This document shows positions 9,483 to 19,030 of a stretch of 40,792 bases of DNA, in pieces. The notes under the pieces are model-generated. The model saw only the letters and a program-made list of their open reading frames with translations, did not search any database and was not told where the DNA came from. This DNA is from an archaeon (GTDB taxonomy: Archaea > Nanobdellota > Nanobdellia > SCGC-AAA011-G17 > PNOQ01): the NCBI GenBank assembly GCA_021107835.1, contig JAIOSD010000020.1, forward strand, positions 1 through 40,792, given 5' to 3'. The position numbers were made by a program, and so were the translations under genes. How positions within the stretch are numbered: position 1 is the first letter of the stretch; every line of letters begins with the position of its first letter.

Positions 9483-9797
9483 TTATTGGGCATATTTTAC
9501 TGCAGTACCATAAACCAAAACTTCAGCAGCACCCTTCATAATATCTGCAGTTTGATATCTTATATTCACAATTGCATCGGCACCAAGTGCATTAGCTTCT
9601 TCAATCATTCTTTGAACAGCTTGTTTTCTTGCATCTCTTATTGCTTTAGTATAGACTCCAATCTCTCCACCAATAATAGTCTTCAAACTTGCACCAAAAT
9701 CTGCAAAAAAGTTTCTAGCTTTTACTGTATTTCCCTGTACTATACCCAAAACTTCATATTTTTTACCAGGTATATTTTCTGTATTTATAAGTAACAT
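9483..9797 (-). CDS. YbjQ/UPF0145 family protein
   Basis: 104 aa; GIVQGNTVKARNFFADFGASLKTIIGGEIGVYTKAIRDARKQAVQRMIEEANALGADAIVNIRY matches the YbjQ_1 family signature. Confidence 0.9.
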   Translation of the reverse strand: MLLINTENIPGKKYEVLGIVQGNTVKARNFFADFGASLKTIIGGEIGVYTKAIRDARKQAVQRMIEEANALGADAIVNIRYQTADIMKGAAEVLVYGTAVKYAQ

Positions 9798-9828
9798 ATA
9801 AAATATAACTCTATTACACTATATAAAC

Positions 9829-10506
9829 CTAACTAATCAAAGTCCCAACAAAATCTTTCCCTTTTAACAAACTATCTAAATTCTTCAAATCATTAGAAAC
9901 AATATAAGTTTTAATTTTAGAACGATTAATTATCTTAGCAGCAGATTGATCTAAAACAAAATGTTGCCCCGCCTTAAACTTAATCTTATTAACCCGTAAC
10001 ATAAAATCTTTAAAACTAACAGAAGGAATAAATTTAGCATTTTTACTTATTTTAGGATTAGAAGTATACAAACCATCAACATTAGTCATATTAATTAAAT
10101 AATCTGCTTTTATCATCTCAGCAACTTCAGCAGCATTACCATCCGAAGTCATATTCTTTTGCATTCCTAAAGCACCACACACAACTAATTTTCTCAAATG
10201 CAAAGCACTTTTAACACCATGTAAAGTTTCAGGGATAGTTTCTTTCATTCCAAACACCCCACTAACCAACCTAGCATTTAATCTAGTAGTCGCAATACCA
10301 ACAATACTCAAAATTTCTTGTTTAGAACCAACATGTCTCAAACCTTCAATATATTTCCTAGCAGTACTTCCACCACCAGTAACAATAACAATTTTATTCT
10401 TACGAGAAAACTTTTTAATAAATTTAGCAAATTTCTTCAAATAACTATAATCCACTTTATCAGGAACAATAATAGAACCACCTAAACTTATCACCACTTT
10501 TTTCAT
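9829..10506 (-). CDS. pyrH: Uridylate (UMP) kinase, archaeal type
   Basis: MKKVVISLGGSIIVP...VIVTGGGSTARKYI...ATTRLNARL...MTSDGNAAEVAEMIKADYLINMTNVDGLYTSNP is collinear with archaeal PyrH. The start is placed at the internal ATG (10506). The track's 23-codon N-terminal extension is hydrophobic filler. Confidence 0.85.
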   Translation of the reverse strand: MKKVVISLGGSIIVPDKVDYSYLKKFAKFIKKFSRKNKIVIVTGGGSTARKYIEGLRHVGSKQEILSIVGIATTRLNARLVSGVFGMKETIPETLHGVKSALHLRKLVVCGALGMQKNMTSDGNAAEVAEMIKADYLINMTNVDGLYTSNPKISKNAKFIPSVSFKDFMLRVNKIKFKAGQHFVLDQSAAKIINRSKIKTYIVSNDLKNLDSLLKGKDFVGTLIS

Positions 10507-10618
10507 ACTAATAAATTTAATAAAGCAATATTTAAAGCTTACTAACAAAAAATAACCACTTACAAGTAAACACAATAGAAAGATTTATAAAGGAAAAACA
10601 AAAATAAAAGCTAGAAAA

Positions 10619-11182
10619 ATGATTAGTTTAAAAAAAACATTATATTTTACAGGGGGGTTACTTTTAGCAGGATGTACTACTCAAAAAAGTAGTGTACCAA
10701 ATCCAAGAGTAACACCTTATGTCAACGCAGCACATCAAGTTGTAGAAAATCTTGAATCCGGAGCAACAGATAGCACAATAACACATAATGGACTAACTTA
10801 TCAAGTAGTATTACCAAAAAAAAATGAAATCTTAAGAATTGATATTTTAGGCTACCTAACAGATAACATCCGAGATAATAACGGAATTCGTTCAGCAAGT
10901 TTAGGTTTTTACAAAGATGATGTAACACTAACTGTTCAAGAAGCAGGAAGAATGACACCAAGTCATCAGTTTACTTTTAGTGAAAAAGGCCCATACATGG
11001 GGGTAAGAACCGCAGTAAAAGATGCAACAATTTATGATTTAAGTCTATTCGGTGCAAAAACCAAAATTAACAGGATACCACAAACCCTAGAAAACATGAG
11101 TGAATTAGATGAACCCCATAGTAAAGAATTTACAGGACACACAAGTTCAGAACTATTTGTTCAAGCTAGTTTAAGAAGATAA
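10619..11182 (+). CDS. Putative lipoprotein (lipobox LLAGC)
   Basis: N-terminus MISLKKTLYFTGGLLLAGCTTQKSS: positive n-region, hydrophobic core, L-A-G-C lipobox. No family recognised for the remainder. Confidence 0.65.
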   Translation: MISLKKTLYFTGGLLLAGCTTQKSSVPNPRVTPYVNAAHQVVENLESGATDSTITHNGLTYQVVLPKKNEILRIDILGYLTDNIRDNNGIRSASLGFYKDDVTLTVQEAGRMTPSHQFTFSEKGPYMGVRTAVKDATIYDLSLFGAKTKINRIPQTLENMSELDEPHSKEFTGHTSSELFVQASLRR

Positions 11183-11229
11183 TTCTAATTAAGAGAAAAT
11201 ATTATAAACAAAAGAATTTTTCAATCATT

Positions 11230-11418
11230 ATGGATTATCATACTTTATCAGATATAGGCAATTATGTTATGAAAGGATTAGAAACTGCATCAGAGATTGG
11301 ATGGTGCAGTATTCTTCCAATCCTTATACTCAAAGCAGGGTATGATATTTATACAAAAAAACCAAAAGAAAATAATATATCTCCAAATGAATTAGAAAGA
11401 AAGTCTAATCAACAGTAA
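11230..11418 (+). CDS. Small hypothetical protein (one hydrophobic segment)
   Basis: 62-aa ORF only. Its 3' end overlaps the convergent DUF357-like gene by 14 nt. Confidence 0.3.
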   Translation: MDYHTLSDIGNYVMKGLETASEIGWCSILPILILKAGYDIYTKKPKENNISPNELERKSNQQ

Positions 11419-11683
11419 ACAATCTACTATCCTTAACTAAAAATATTTTACTTCTAGCACCAGCATCTAACCAACCATGTGCATAATTTAAAGCTGCAAA
11501 AGCATTAATCAAATCGCCCTTAGAATAAAAATGCTTAGCATCAGAAATATAACAAGAAATCATATTTAAAAAATCTTCAGCAAGAACTTTATCCTTTCCA
11601 ATATTCTTCTTAGCCATTTCAAAAGCTTCTTCACTAATTGAAAAATACTTCTCAACCTTTCCTTTAGTTATTTTATCTTTCAT
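11405..11683 (-). CDS. DUF357-like small archaeal protein
   Basis: 92 aa; ...AFAALNYAHGWLDAGARSKIF..LFTVD resembles the conserved YAxGWLDAG core I recall for DUF357. Confidence 0.55.
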   Translation of the reverse strand: MKDKITKGKVEKYFSISEEAFEMAKKNIGKDKVLAEDFLNMISCYISDAKHFYSKGDLINAFAALNYAHGWLDAGARSKIFLVKDSRLFTVD

Positions 11684-11704
11684 AAATCTCTCTAAAATAA
11701 AACC

Positions 11705-11712
11705 TTTATAAA
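11705..11712 (+). promoter_or_regulatory. TATA box (TTTATAAA) for the yjbQ-like gene; implies a near-leaderless mRNA
   Basis: TTTATAAA ends 22 nt before the ATG at 11734. No Shine-Dalgarno sequence is seen. Confidence 0.45.
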
Positions 11713-11733
11713 ACTTTACAACAAAACAAAGAT

Positions 11734-12132
11734 ATGGAATTCCAAGTAAAATCTACAAAAAAACAAGAAATAATAGATATAACAGCACAAATAAAGCAAA
11801 TTCTAAAAGAATCACAAACAAAAAAGGGTATCCTAATAATTTACACACCACACGCAACAGCAGCAATAATAATAAACGAAAATTATGATCCAAATATTTG
11901 TGATGATATCTTAGAAGCATTAGATAACTTAATCCCTCAAGGAAAGTGGAGACATGACAAAATAGACAATAACGCAGCAGCACACATAAAAGCCTCAATT
12001 ATAGGTCCTTCACAAACAATACCAATAAAAGATAACAAATTACAACTAGGAACCTGGCAAAATTGTATGTTAGCAGACTTTGATGGCCCAAAAAATAGAA
12101 GAGTAATAGTAAATATTATACAAAATAAATAA
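11734..12132 (+). CDS. YjbQ/UPF0047 family (secondary thiamine-phosphate synthase-like)
   Basis: 132 aa; IIYTPHATAAIIINENYDPNICDDILEALDNLIP...HDKIDNNAAAHIKASIIGPSQTIPI..KLQLGTWQ is the classic UPF0047 signature. Confidence 0.9.
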   Translation: MEFQVKSTKKQEIIDITAQIKQILKESQTKKGILIIYTPHATAAIIINENYDPNICDDILEALDNLIPQGKWRHDKIDNNAAAHIKASIIGPSQTIPIKDNKLQLGTWQNCMLADFDGPKNRRVIVNIIQNK

Positions 12133-12161
12133 TTATAAACAAACTAGTATTCTCTTTTCCA

Positions 12162-12752
12162 ATGTTTCCTACACAAAAAAAAGGTATAGTTATCGCTATA
12201 GACGGCCCACCTAAAGCAGGAAAAAATATTCAAACAAGCATTATTAAAGATTATCTAAATTTTTTAACTGGAAATGATATATATTCTCCCTCCGAACCTT
12301 GGGCTAGCCTAGAATCTAAAGACAGAAAAAAGCGGATTCAATATATAAAAGATATAACTCTACAAGAACAAACCAGTGTAATATTATATGCATATCATTG
12401 TTCATCTTTTGCATATATGCACGCACAAGGAATGCCTATAGAAGAAATAGTTAAAGCAAATATGGAGTCTATAGTTCCAGATTTAACATTCTTACTAAAT
12501 GCCCCAACAGGAGTGCTTTTAGAAAGATCAAATCCCGAAGAAAGAGAAAAATTCGAAACTGAAGGATTTTTAGAAAGATTAAATCAAAATTTCCAAGATA
12601 TAGATAATTACCTAGCAAAATTAAACAGAGCAAGAGAACCGTTTGGAGTTTATCCCACTGAAACTATAATAAGAATAAACGCAAATCAAGATTCAGAAGA
12701 GGTTTTCAGAGACATAAGACCTCACCTAAATTGGTTAATGAGGAATACATAA
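12162..12752 (+). CDS. Divergent thymidylate-kinase-like P-loop protein
   Basis: IAIDGPPKAGKN (Walker A with Asn in place of Ser/Thr), SEPWAS (cf. Tmk REPGGT), SSFAYMHAQG (cf. SSxAYQG), VPDLTFLLNAPTGVLLER (cf. PDLTxxLDxxxxxxxxR). Its stop overlaps the thyX start (TAATG). Confidence 0.5.
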   Translation: MFPTQKKGIVIAIDGPPKAGKNIQTSIIKDYLNFLTGNDIYSPSEPWASLESKDRKKRIQYIKDITLQEQTSVILYAYHCSSFAYMHAQGMPIEEIVKANMESIVPDLTFLLNAPTGVLLERSNPEEREKFETEGFLERLNQNFQDIDNYLAKLNRAREPFGVYPTETIIRINANQDSEEVFRDIRPHLNWLMRNT

Positions 12753-13660
12753 TGTCTAAAATACAAAGAGCAACATCACCAGAATTAGAAGCAATACTAG
12801 GAGAAACTTTCCCAGTCCTAGATGATGGATTTATTAGGGTAATAGACTATATGGGAAATGATCAATCAATAGTTCAAGCAGCAAGAGTTTCATATGGGGC
12901 AGGAACAAAAAAAGTCTCAGAAGATAGAGGATTAATTAGATATCTCTTAAGAAACAATCACACAACTCCTTTTGAAATGGCAGAACTAAAACTCCATGTC
13001 AAAGTACCAATGGACGCATGGAGACAATGGATACGCCATAGAACAGCTTCAGTAAACGAAATTAGCTCACGTTATTCAATAGTCACCAATACTGCTCAAA
13101 AAACAGATCCAAATGAATGGAGAATCCAAGGAACAGGAAACAAACAAGGTAGTGAAGGAGTTCTAGATCCAGAAATAGGTAAAAAATTAACACAAGAAGA
13201 AGAAATTTTTCAAGAATATGCTAAAGCAACCTACGAAGGGAGAATAGCTAAAGGAGTAGCAAGAGAACAAGCAAGAAAAGATATTCCATTATGCACCTAC
13301 ACCGAAGCCTATTGGAAGATGGATCTACATAATTTACTACATTTTTTAGATTTAAGGATGGATCCACATGCACAACAAGAAATTAGATCATACGCAGATG
13401 TAATCGGAAATGAAATAGTTGCTAAATGGGTTCCTCTAACATGGGAATCATTTGAAGATTACAAAATAAACGCAAGAGGATTAACAGGTTTAGAAGATCC
13501 TTTAATTGGTGCCCTAATAAATAATCAACCAGAAAATGCAGTTAAACTTGCAATATCTTATGGCTGGTTAGAACAAGGAAAGAAAGGATTAAAGAATAAT
13601 AGGGAAAGACAAGAATTTGAAATCAAAGCTAAAAGGTGGAAATTACCTATTCCCTGGTAA
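12752..13660 (+). CDS. thyX: Flavin-dependent thymidylate synthase ThyX
   Basis: ThyX motif RHRTASVNEISSRYS, plus DYMGNDQSIVQAARVSYG and HTTPFEMAELKLHVKVP. The start is taken at ATG 12752 (MSKIQ...). The track's 12731 start lies inside the upstream gene. Confidence 0.9.
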   Translation: MSKIQRATSPELEAILGETFPVLDDGFIRVIDYMGNDQSIVQAARVSYGAGTKKVSEDRGLIRYLLRNNHTTPFEMAELKLHVKVPMDAWRQWIRHRTASVNEISSRYSIVTNTAQKTDPNEWRIQGTGNKQGSEGVLDPEIGKKLTQEEEIFQEYAKATYEGRIAKGVAREQARKDIPLCTYTEAYWKMDLHNLLHFLDLRMDPHAQQEIRSYADVIGNEIVAKWVPLTWESFEDYKINARGLTGLEDPLIGALINNQPENAVKLAISYGWLEQGKKGLKNNRERQEFEIKAKRWKLPIPW

Positions 13661-13661
13661 A

Positions 13662-15563
13662 TCATAACCCATCTTCAATCTTCTTAACACACTCAGGATT
13701 AACAAGAGTCGTAGTGCTTTTTATTTTTTCCCCAATCAACAAACTTTTCAAAATCCTACGCATAATCTTCCCAGATCTAGTTTTAGGTAAATCATCAACA
13801 AAATAAATTTCCTTAAGAGACGCAATCGGTCCTATACGAACTCTAACATCATTCACTAACTTCTTCTTCAAAACATCCGAAGGCTTTCCCTTCTCCAAAA
13901 CAACAAAAGCAACTGGGACTTCTCCACGAATCTTATCAGGAACAGAAACAATTGCAGCTTCATTCACACAATCATCATCATCCAATGCGTTTTCCATTTC
14001 TGCAGTTGATAATCTATGTCCTGCAACTTTTATCACATCATCTATTCGACCAGTCAATCTAATATTCCCATCCTTATCCATAAACGCCCCATCCGAAGTA
14101 TCATATTTATTTTTAAATTTAGACCAGTAAGTTTCTTTGTATCTTTTCTTATTTCTAAAAACCCCCTGCAACATTCCCGGAGCAAAAGGAGATAACTGCA
14201 CAAGGTGCCCAGGCTTTCCAACCCTAACTTTATTCCCTTTCCCATTTACAATTGCCATCTTTATTCCAGGAAAAGGTTTTCCAGCATAACTAGGAATAAA
14301 AGGTCCAACACCAGGCAAAGAATTTATAACATTAGCACCAGTTTCAGTCTGCCACCAAGTATCAATCAAAGGTAACTTAGACTTACCAATTTTCTTAAAG
14401 TACCAATTCCAAGCATCTTCATCTATAGGTTCACCTACAGTACCCAAAATTTTCAAAGAGTTTAAATTATACTTCTTCAAATATTTCTCTCCAAATTTCA
14501 TAAACAACCTAATAGCAGTGGGAGCAGTATAAAACACATTAACTTTATTCTCCTGTATAATCTTCCACCATCTTCCAAAATTAGGAAAATCCGGCGAACC
14601 TTCATAGATTAACAAAGTCGCTCCCAAAGACAAAGGTCCATAACAAGAGTATGTATGCCCTGTAATCCAACCTACATCTGCAGTACACCACATAATATCA
14701 TTCTCATGTAAATTAAAATTAAATTTACTAGTTGTAGAAGCCTGAGTCAAATATCCACCAGTATCACGCATAACTCCTTTTGGTTTTCCAGTAGTACCAG
14801 AAGTATACAAAATGAATAAAGTATCTTCAGATTTCATAATTTTAGGTTTACAAAAAGATTTTTCCTTCCTTATCTCTTTAGTATAATTAATAAATCCCTT
14901 AGGAACTTTCTTCTCAAGTCTAGGCACAACAATAACTTTCTTAACTTTAGTTCCTTTAACAGCTTTCTTAACTTTTTTTAACAAATCAACTTTCTTCCCT
15001 TTTCTAAAATATCCATCCGCAGTGATAAGAACTTTAGATTTCCCATCCTTCATTCTAGATTGCAAAGCCTCTTCAGAAAAAGCAGAGAAAACAACAGAAT
15101 GAATCGCACCAATTCTTGAGCAAGCCAACATAGAAATTATTACTTCAGGAATCATTGGAAGATAAATAGAAACTACATCCCCTTTCTTAACTTTTAATCT
15201 TTTTAGAAGATTTGCGAATTTGTTTACTTTTTCATGTAACTCTTTATATGTTATTTTTATTGGTTTTTCTTTAGTAGGTTCAGGCACCCAGATCAAAGCA
15301 GTCTTATTTAATCTAGTTTCCAGATGTCTATCTAAACAATTCATAGAAGCATTTAACTTTCCACCAACAAACCATTTAAAATAAGGTAATTTTTCTTTGT
15401 AAGGCAATTTCCACATAGTATCCCAATCTAATTCTTTGGCTTGTTCTTCCCAAAATTTTATAGGTTCTTGAAAGTAAACTTTCTTAGAACTAATCCAAGC
15501 CCCTTCTTTCATTTCCTTTGTAGGCCAATACTTACTTCCTCTTTTTGTTACATATTTTACCAA
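13662..15563 (-). CDS. acs: Acetyl-CoA synthetase (AMP-forming)
   Basis: 633 aa; LYTSGTTGKPKGV AMP-binding motif, DTWWQTETG, GEPI, C-terminal LPKTRSGKIMRR. Full-length collinear with Acs. Confidence 0.93.
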   Translation of the reverse strand: MVKYVTKRGSKYWPTKEMKEGAWISSKKVYFQEPIKFWEEQAKELDWDTMWKLPYKEKLPYFKWFVGGKLNASMNCLDRHLETRLNKTALIWVPEPTKEKPIKITYKELHEKVNKFANLLKRLKVKKGDVVSIYLPMIPEVIISMLACSRIGAIHSVVFSAFSEEALQSRMKDGKSKVLITADGYFRKGKKVDLLKKVKKAVKGTKVKKVIVVPRLEKKVPKGFINYTKEIRKEKSFCKPKIMKSEDTLFILYTSGTTGKPKGVMRDTGGYLTQASTTSKFNFNLHENDIMWCTADVGWITGHTYSCYGPLSLGATLLIYEGSPDFPNFGRWWKIIQENKVNVFYTAPTAIRLFMKFGEKYLKKYNLNSLKILGTVGEPIDEDAWNWYFKKIGKSKLPLIDTWWQTETGANVINSLPGVGPFIPSYAGKPFPGIKMAIVNGKGNKVRVGKPGHLVQLSPFAPGMLQGVFRNKKRYKETYWSKFKNKYDTSDGAFMDKDGNIRLTGRIDDVIKVAGHRLSTAEMENALDDDDCVNEAAIVSVPDKIRGEVPVAFVVLEKGKPSDVLKKKLVNDVRVRIGPIASLKEIYFVDDLPKTRSGKIMRRILKSLLIGEKIKSTTTLVNPECVKKIEDGL

Positions 15564-15564
15564 T

Positions 15565-17430
15565 TTACATCAACAACACAAACAACAACGAAATTATCGC
15601 TATCAATTTAATCAAAATATTTAAAGCAGGCCCAGCGGCATCCTTGAGACTGTCCCCCACACCATCACCAACAACACTCGCTTTATGAACAACAGAACCA
15701 TACCGAGTTTCTTCGATAAGTTTCTTAGCATTATCCAAGGAACCCCCAGCATTTGCCATAAAAATAGACAATAAAAAAGCTGAAACAACCGCACCAGCAA
15801 TCAAACTCCCCAAAACAGCAGAACCTAATAAACTCCCAACAGCAAAAACCAAAACAATAACAATCAAAACAGAGATTAACATCTCCCGAATTGAATTCTT
15901 TGTAGCAATCTCAATAGGGGCATTATAATCCAGTTTCCCAGACTTAAACTGGCTACGAACATTTGCAACAATTTTACTAGAAGTTCTACCAACCGCACCA
16001 ATAACTAAAGAAGAAAACAAAAACGGAATAAACCCTCCAATAAATAAAGCAGCCATATTCTCAATTTGTAAAATATCAATAACATTTATCTCAGCAATAA
16101 CAATAAAACTAGCTAATAATGTCAAAACAGTCAAAGCAGCAGAAGAAATCGTAAAGCCCTTACCAATAGCAGCAGTAGTATTCCCTAATGAATCCAACTT
16201 AGAAGAATTAATCTTAGCCTTCTTACTCCCAGACAACTCCGCAATCCCAGCAGCATTATCAGTAATTGATCCAAAAATAGTAGAAGCTAACACAACCCCA
16301 GTTATACTTAACATACTAACCGCAGAAATCGCAATTCCTAATAATCCAAGAAAATAATAAGAAAGCACCATAACCAAACTAATAACAATAACAGGAACAA
16401 TAGTCGATAATAATCCATTTGATAACCCTGCCAAAACATTCAAAGCCGCCCCACTCTCAGCAGCTTTAGCAATTCTTTTTGTTGGAGCAAACTTAATAGA
16501 AGTAAAGTAAAATACACTAAACCCAATTAATACACCACCAACTAATCCATATAAAATAGGCATAAAAAAACTATTCAAAAATAGATAAGATAATCCCAAA
16601 ATAAAAATTCCTGCAACTAATAAAGAATCCAATACTGAATAAATCCTTTTTTGCTGAACAACTAATATTGAAACTAAACAAGAAATTATTCCAATTGCAG
16701 CTAAAGTTAATGGAACAAAGATATTCATTCCAAGAGCACTAAGTAATACCATTGTAGCAATTATTGAAGCAACATAACTCTCAAATAAATCAGAAGACAT
16801 TCCTGCGACATCTCCAACATTATCTCCAACTAAATCTGCTATAACCGCGGGATTTTTCGGAGAATCTTCCGGTAAACCTTTCTCAATTTTACCAGTTAAA
16901 TCTGCAGATAAATCAGCAGATTTAGTAAATATTCCTCCCCCAACTCTCATAAACAAAGCAACTAAGGATGCTCCAAAAGCAAAACCATACAAGATTTTAG
17001 GATCACCAAATAAACTCTGTAAAATAATTATAGCAATTAAACCAAAAAACATAGCAAAAATACTGACCCTCAAACCAGAAAGATAAGCAATTTTCATTCC
17101 AGAATGCACACTTTTCTTAGAAGCTACCACAGTTAAAACATTAGCTTTAGTAGCAACATCCATTCCAACCCGACCAATAACCAGAGATAACAAAGCACCA
17201 AAAAAGAAAGTTATGGCAAAAGCATAACTAAAAAGTAAGATAATTAAAGAAATCCCCAAAATCAGAATCCACAAAACGTTATGTTCTATCTTCAAAAAAG
17301 TTTTAGAACCCTCTCTAATCTTTTTAGAAAAATCATTCATAGACTTATTACCAGTTTTTTTGCTTTTTATCCAGATATTAAAGATTACAAGAAATACAAT
17401 CGCAGCAACTAAAGCAACTAATATAATCAT
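15565..17430 (-). CDS. hppA: Membrane-bound ion-translocating pyrophosphatase (V-PPase)
   Basis: 621 aa and polytopic. GGIFTKSADLSADLTGKIE, ADLVGDNVGDVAGMSSDLFESY and VGDGVGDSLKDAAGPALNILIKL are the hallmark H+/Na+-PPase motifs. Confidence 0.93.
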   Translation of the reverse strand: MIILVALVAAIVFLVIFNIWIKSKKTGNKSMNDFSKKIREGSKTFLKIEHNVLWILILGISLIILLFSYAFAITFFFGALLSLVIGRVGMDVATKANVLTVVASKKSVHSGMKIAYLSGLRVSIFAMFFGLIAIIILQSLFGDPKILYGFAFGASLVALFMRVGGGIFTKSADLSADLTGKIEKGLPEDSPKNPAVIADLVGDNVGDVAGMSSDLFESYVASIIATMVLLSALGMNIFVPLTLAAIGIISCLVSILVVQQKRIYSVLDSLLVAGIFILGLSYLFLNSFFMPILYGLVGGVLIGFSVFYFTSIKFAPTKRIAKAAESGAALNVLAGLSNGLLSTIVPVIVISLVMVLSYYFLGLLGIAISAVSMLSITGVVLASTIFGSITDNAAGIAELSGSKKAKINSSKLDSLGNTTAAIGKGFTISSAALTVLTLLASFIVIAEINVIDILQIENMAALFIGGFIPFLFSSLVIGAVGRTSSKIVANVRSQFKSGKLDYNAPIEIATKNSIREMLISVLIVIVLVFAVGSLLGSAVLGSLIAGAVVSAFLLSIFMANAGGSLDNAKKLIEETRYGSVVHKASVVGDGVGDSLKDAAGPALNILIKLIAIISLLFVLLM

Positions 17431-17509
17431 AAGTTAAAACTCAAATCCCAAGTTTAAATAATTTCCTATACGATAATTTTATATAATCCCAATTTCAAAT
17501 TTAACTAAA

Positions 17510-19030
17510 ATGAAGGTGAGTGTTCTTATTGGTGGAAAAGCAGGACAAGGAATTAATAAAGTTTCCCAAATAATCTCAGACGTCTTAATAAAACAAGGTC
17601 ATTTCACTTTCAACTATAGAGACTACCCTTCCTTAATAAGAGGGGGGCATAATTTCAACATATTATCAATTTCAAACACAAGAATTGGTAGTCATGAAAG
17701 CAAAGTAGATTTTATTCTAGCAATGGACAAAAACACAATAAAAATTCATAAAAAAGAATTAAAAAAAGAAGGGATAATCATAAGCTATGAAAAATTCAAA
17801 GATTTAGGAATAAATCTAAATATAGCATTAGCTGGAGCATTCACAAAAATCTTAGGGATTGAAAAAAAATACTTAATCAAAGAAATAAAAAAAGAATTAA
17901 ACAACCCAGAATCTATAAAAGCAGCAGAAAAAGGTTTCAATTCTCAAGAAGTAAAATTCAACTTAAAAAAACAAAATAACAAAATAAAAATTATAAGTGG
18001 ATCACAAGCTGTAGCACAAGGAGCAATCAATTCTAAAATAAATAGATACTTTGCTTACCCAATGACACCTGCAACAGGGGTTATGAATGAATTGGCCGAA
18101 AAACAAATAAAAAACAAATTTATGGTTTTTCAACCAGAAAATGAAATAGCAGTAGTCAATGCAGCATTAGGCTCTTCTTTCGCAGGAGCAAATACAATGA
18201 TTGGAACTTCAGGTGGAGGTTTCGATCTAATGTCAGAAGGATTAAGTTTTCAAGGGATCTCTGAAATTCCGCTAGTAGTTTACCTATCTTCAAGACCTGG
18301 CCCTGGAACAGGAGTTCCAACTTATTCAACACAATCAGATCTAAATATTGCTTTAAGAGCAGGCCACGGAGAATTTCCGAGAGTTGTAATCGCACCTGGC
18401 GACCCAAAAGAAGCAATTGAAAAAACAAACGAAGCTTTTTACCTAACAAATAAATTCAACTGCTTAAGTATATTATTATCAGACAAACACTTAGCAGAAT
18501 CAGAATTTAGTACAAATAAAAAACCAAATAAAATTCTTAAAGTAATAGCAAATAAAAAATTACCAGGAAAATCTATTGTAAAAGCTTCTAGTTATGAACA
18601 TGATAAATTTGGTAATACAACTGAAGATCCAAAAATAATTAAAAAAAATCAGGAAAACAGATTAAAAAAATATTCACAAATAAAAACAGAAGCTAAAAAG
18701 TTTGAAATGATTAAAATTTACGGCAAAAGAACTTCTAAAAAATTAATAATTGGTTGGGGTTCAACAAAAGGAGTAATCCTAGATGCAATTGAAAACACAG
18801 ATTACAAATTCTTACAAATACTCTACTTAATGCCAATGTCAAACGAGATAAAAAAAGAGATAAAAAAAGCTAAAAAAGTTGTTTTAGTTGAAAATAATCT
18901 TACAGGACAGTTAGGAAGAATTATTAGAGAAAAAACGGGAATAGAAATCAAAAACAGAATTCTAAGATACGATTCTCGCCCATTTTTATGTGACGAATTA
19001 AGAAAGGAGATAAGAAATAAACTAAAATGA
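17510..19030 (+). CDS. 2-oxoacid:ferredoxin oxidoreductase, fused gamma-alpha subunit
   Basis: N-terminus MKVSVLIGGKAGQGINKVSQIISDVL (gamma-type), then ISGSQAVAQGAINSKINRYFAYPMTPATGVMNELAE...GTSGGGFDLMSEGL (alpha-type). Confidence 0.88.
   Translation: MKVSVLIGGKAGQGINKVSQIISDVLIKQGHFTFNYRDYPSLIRGGHNFNILSISNTRIGSHESKVDFILAMDKNTIKIHKKELKKEGIIISYEKFKDLGINLNIALAGAFTKILGIEKKYLIKEIKKELNNPESIKAAEKGFNSQEVKFNLKKQNNKIKIISGSQAVAQGAINSKINRYFAYPMTPATGVMNELAEKQIKNKFMVFQPENEIAVVNAALGSSFAGANTMIGTSGGGFDLMSEGLSFQGISEIPLVVYLSSRPGPGTGVPTYSTQSDLNIALRAGHGEFPRVVIAPGDPKEAIEKTNEAFYLTNKFNCLSILLSDKHLAESEFSTNKKPNKILKVIANKKLPGKSIVKASSYEHDKFGNTTEDPKIIKKNQENRLKKYSQIKTEAKKFEMIKIYGKRTSKKLIIGWGSTKGVILDAIENTDYKFLQILYLMPMSNEIKKEIKKAKKVVLVENNLTGQLGRIIREKTGIEIKNRILRYDSRPFLCDELRKEIRNKLK

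Noticed and set aside
9486-9794. 102-aa plus-strand ORF mirroring the YbjQ gene
   Set aside because: It is a full-length antisense shadow. The minus-strand product matches the YbjQ family closely, and the plus-strand product is Ser/Ile/Cys-rich with no recognisable features.
10507-10575. N-terminal extensions proposed by the ORF track for pyrH (to 10575), the TrmB gene (to 31338) and the ferredoxin (to 24665)
   Set aside because: The extensions are hydrophobic or low-complexity and run through TATA-like promoter sequence. Family alignments begin at the internal Met in each case.
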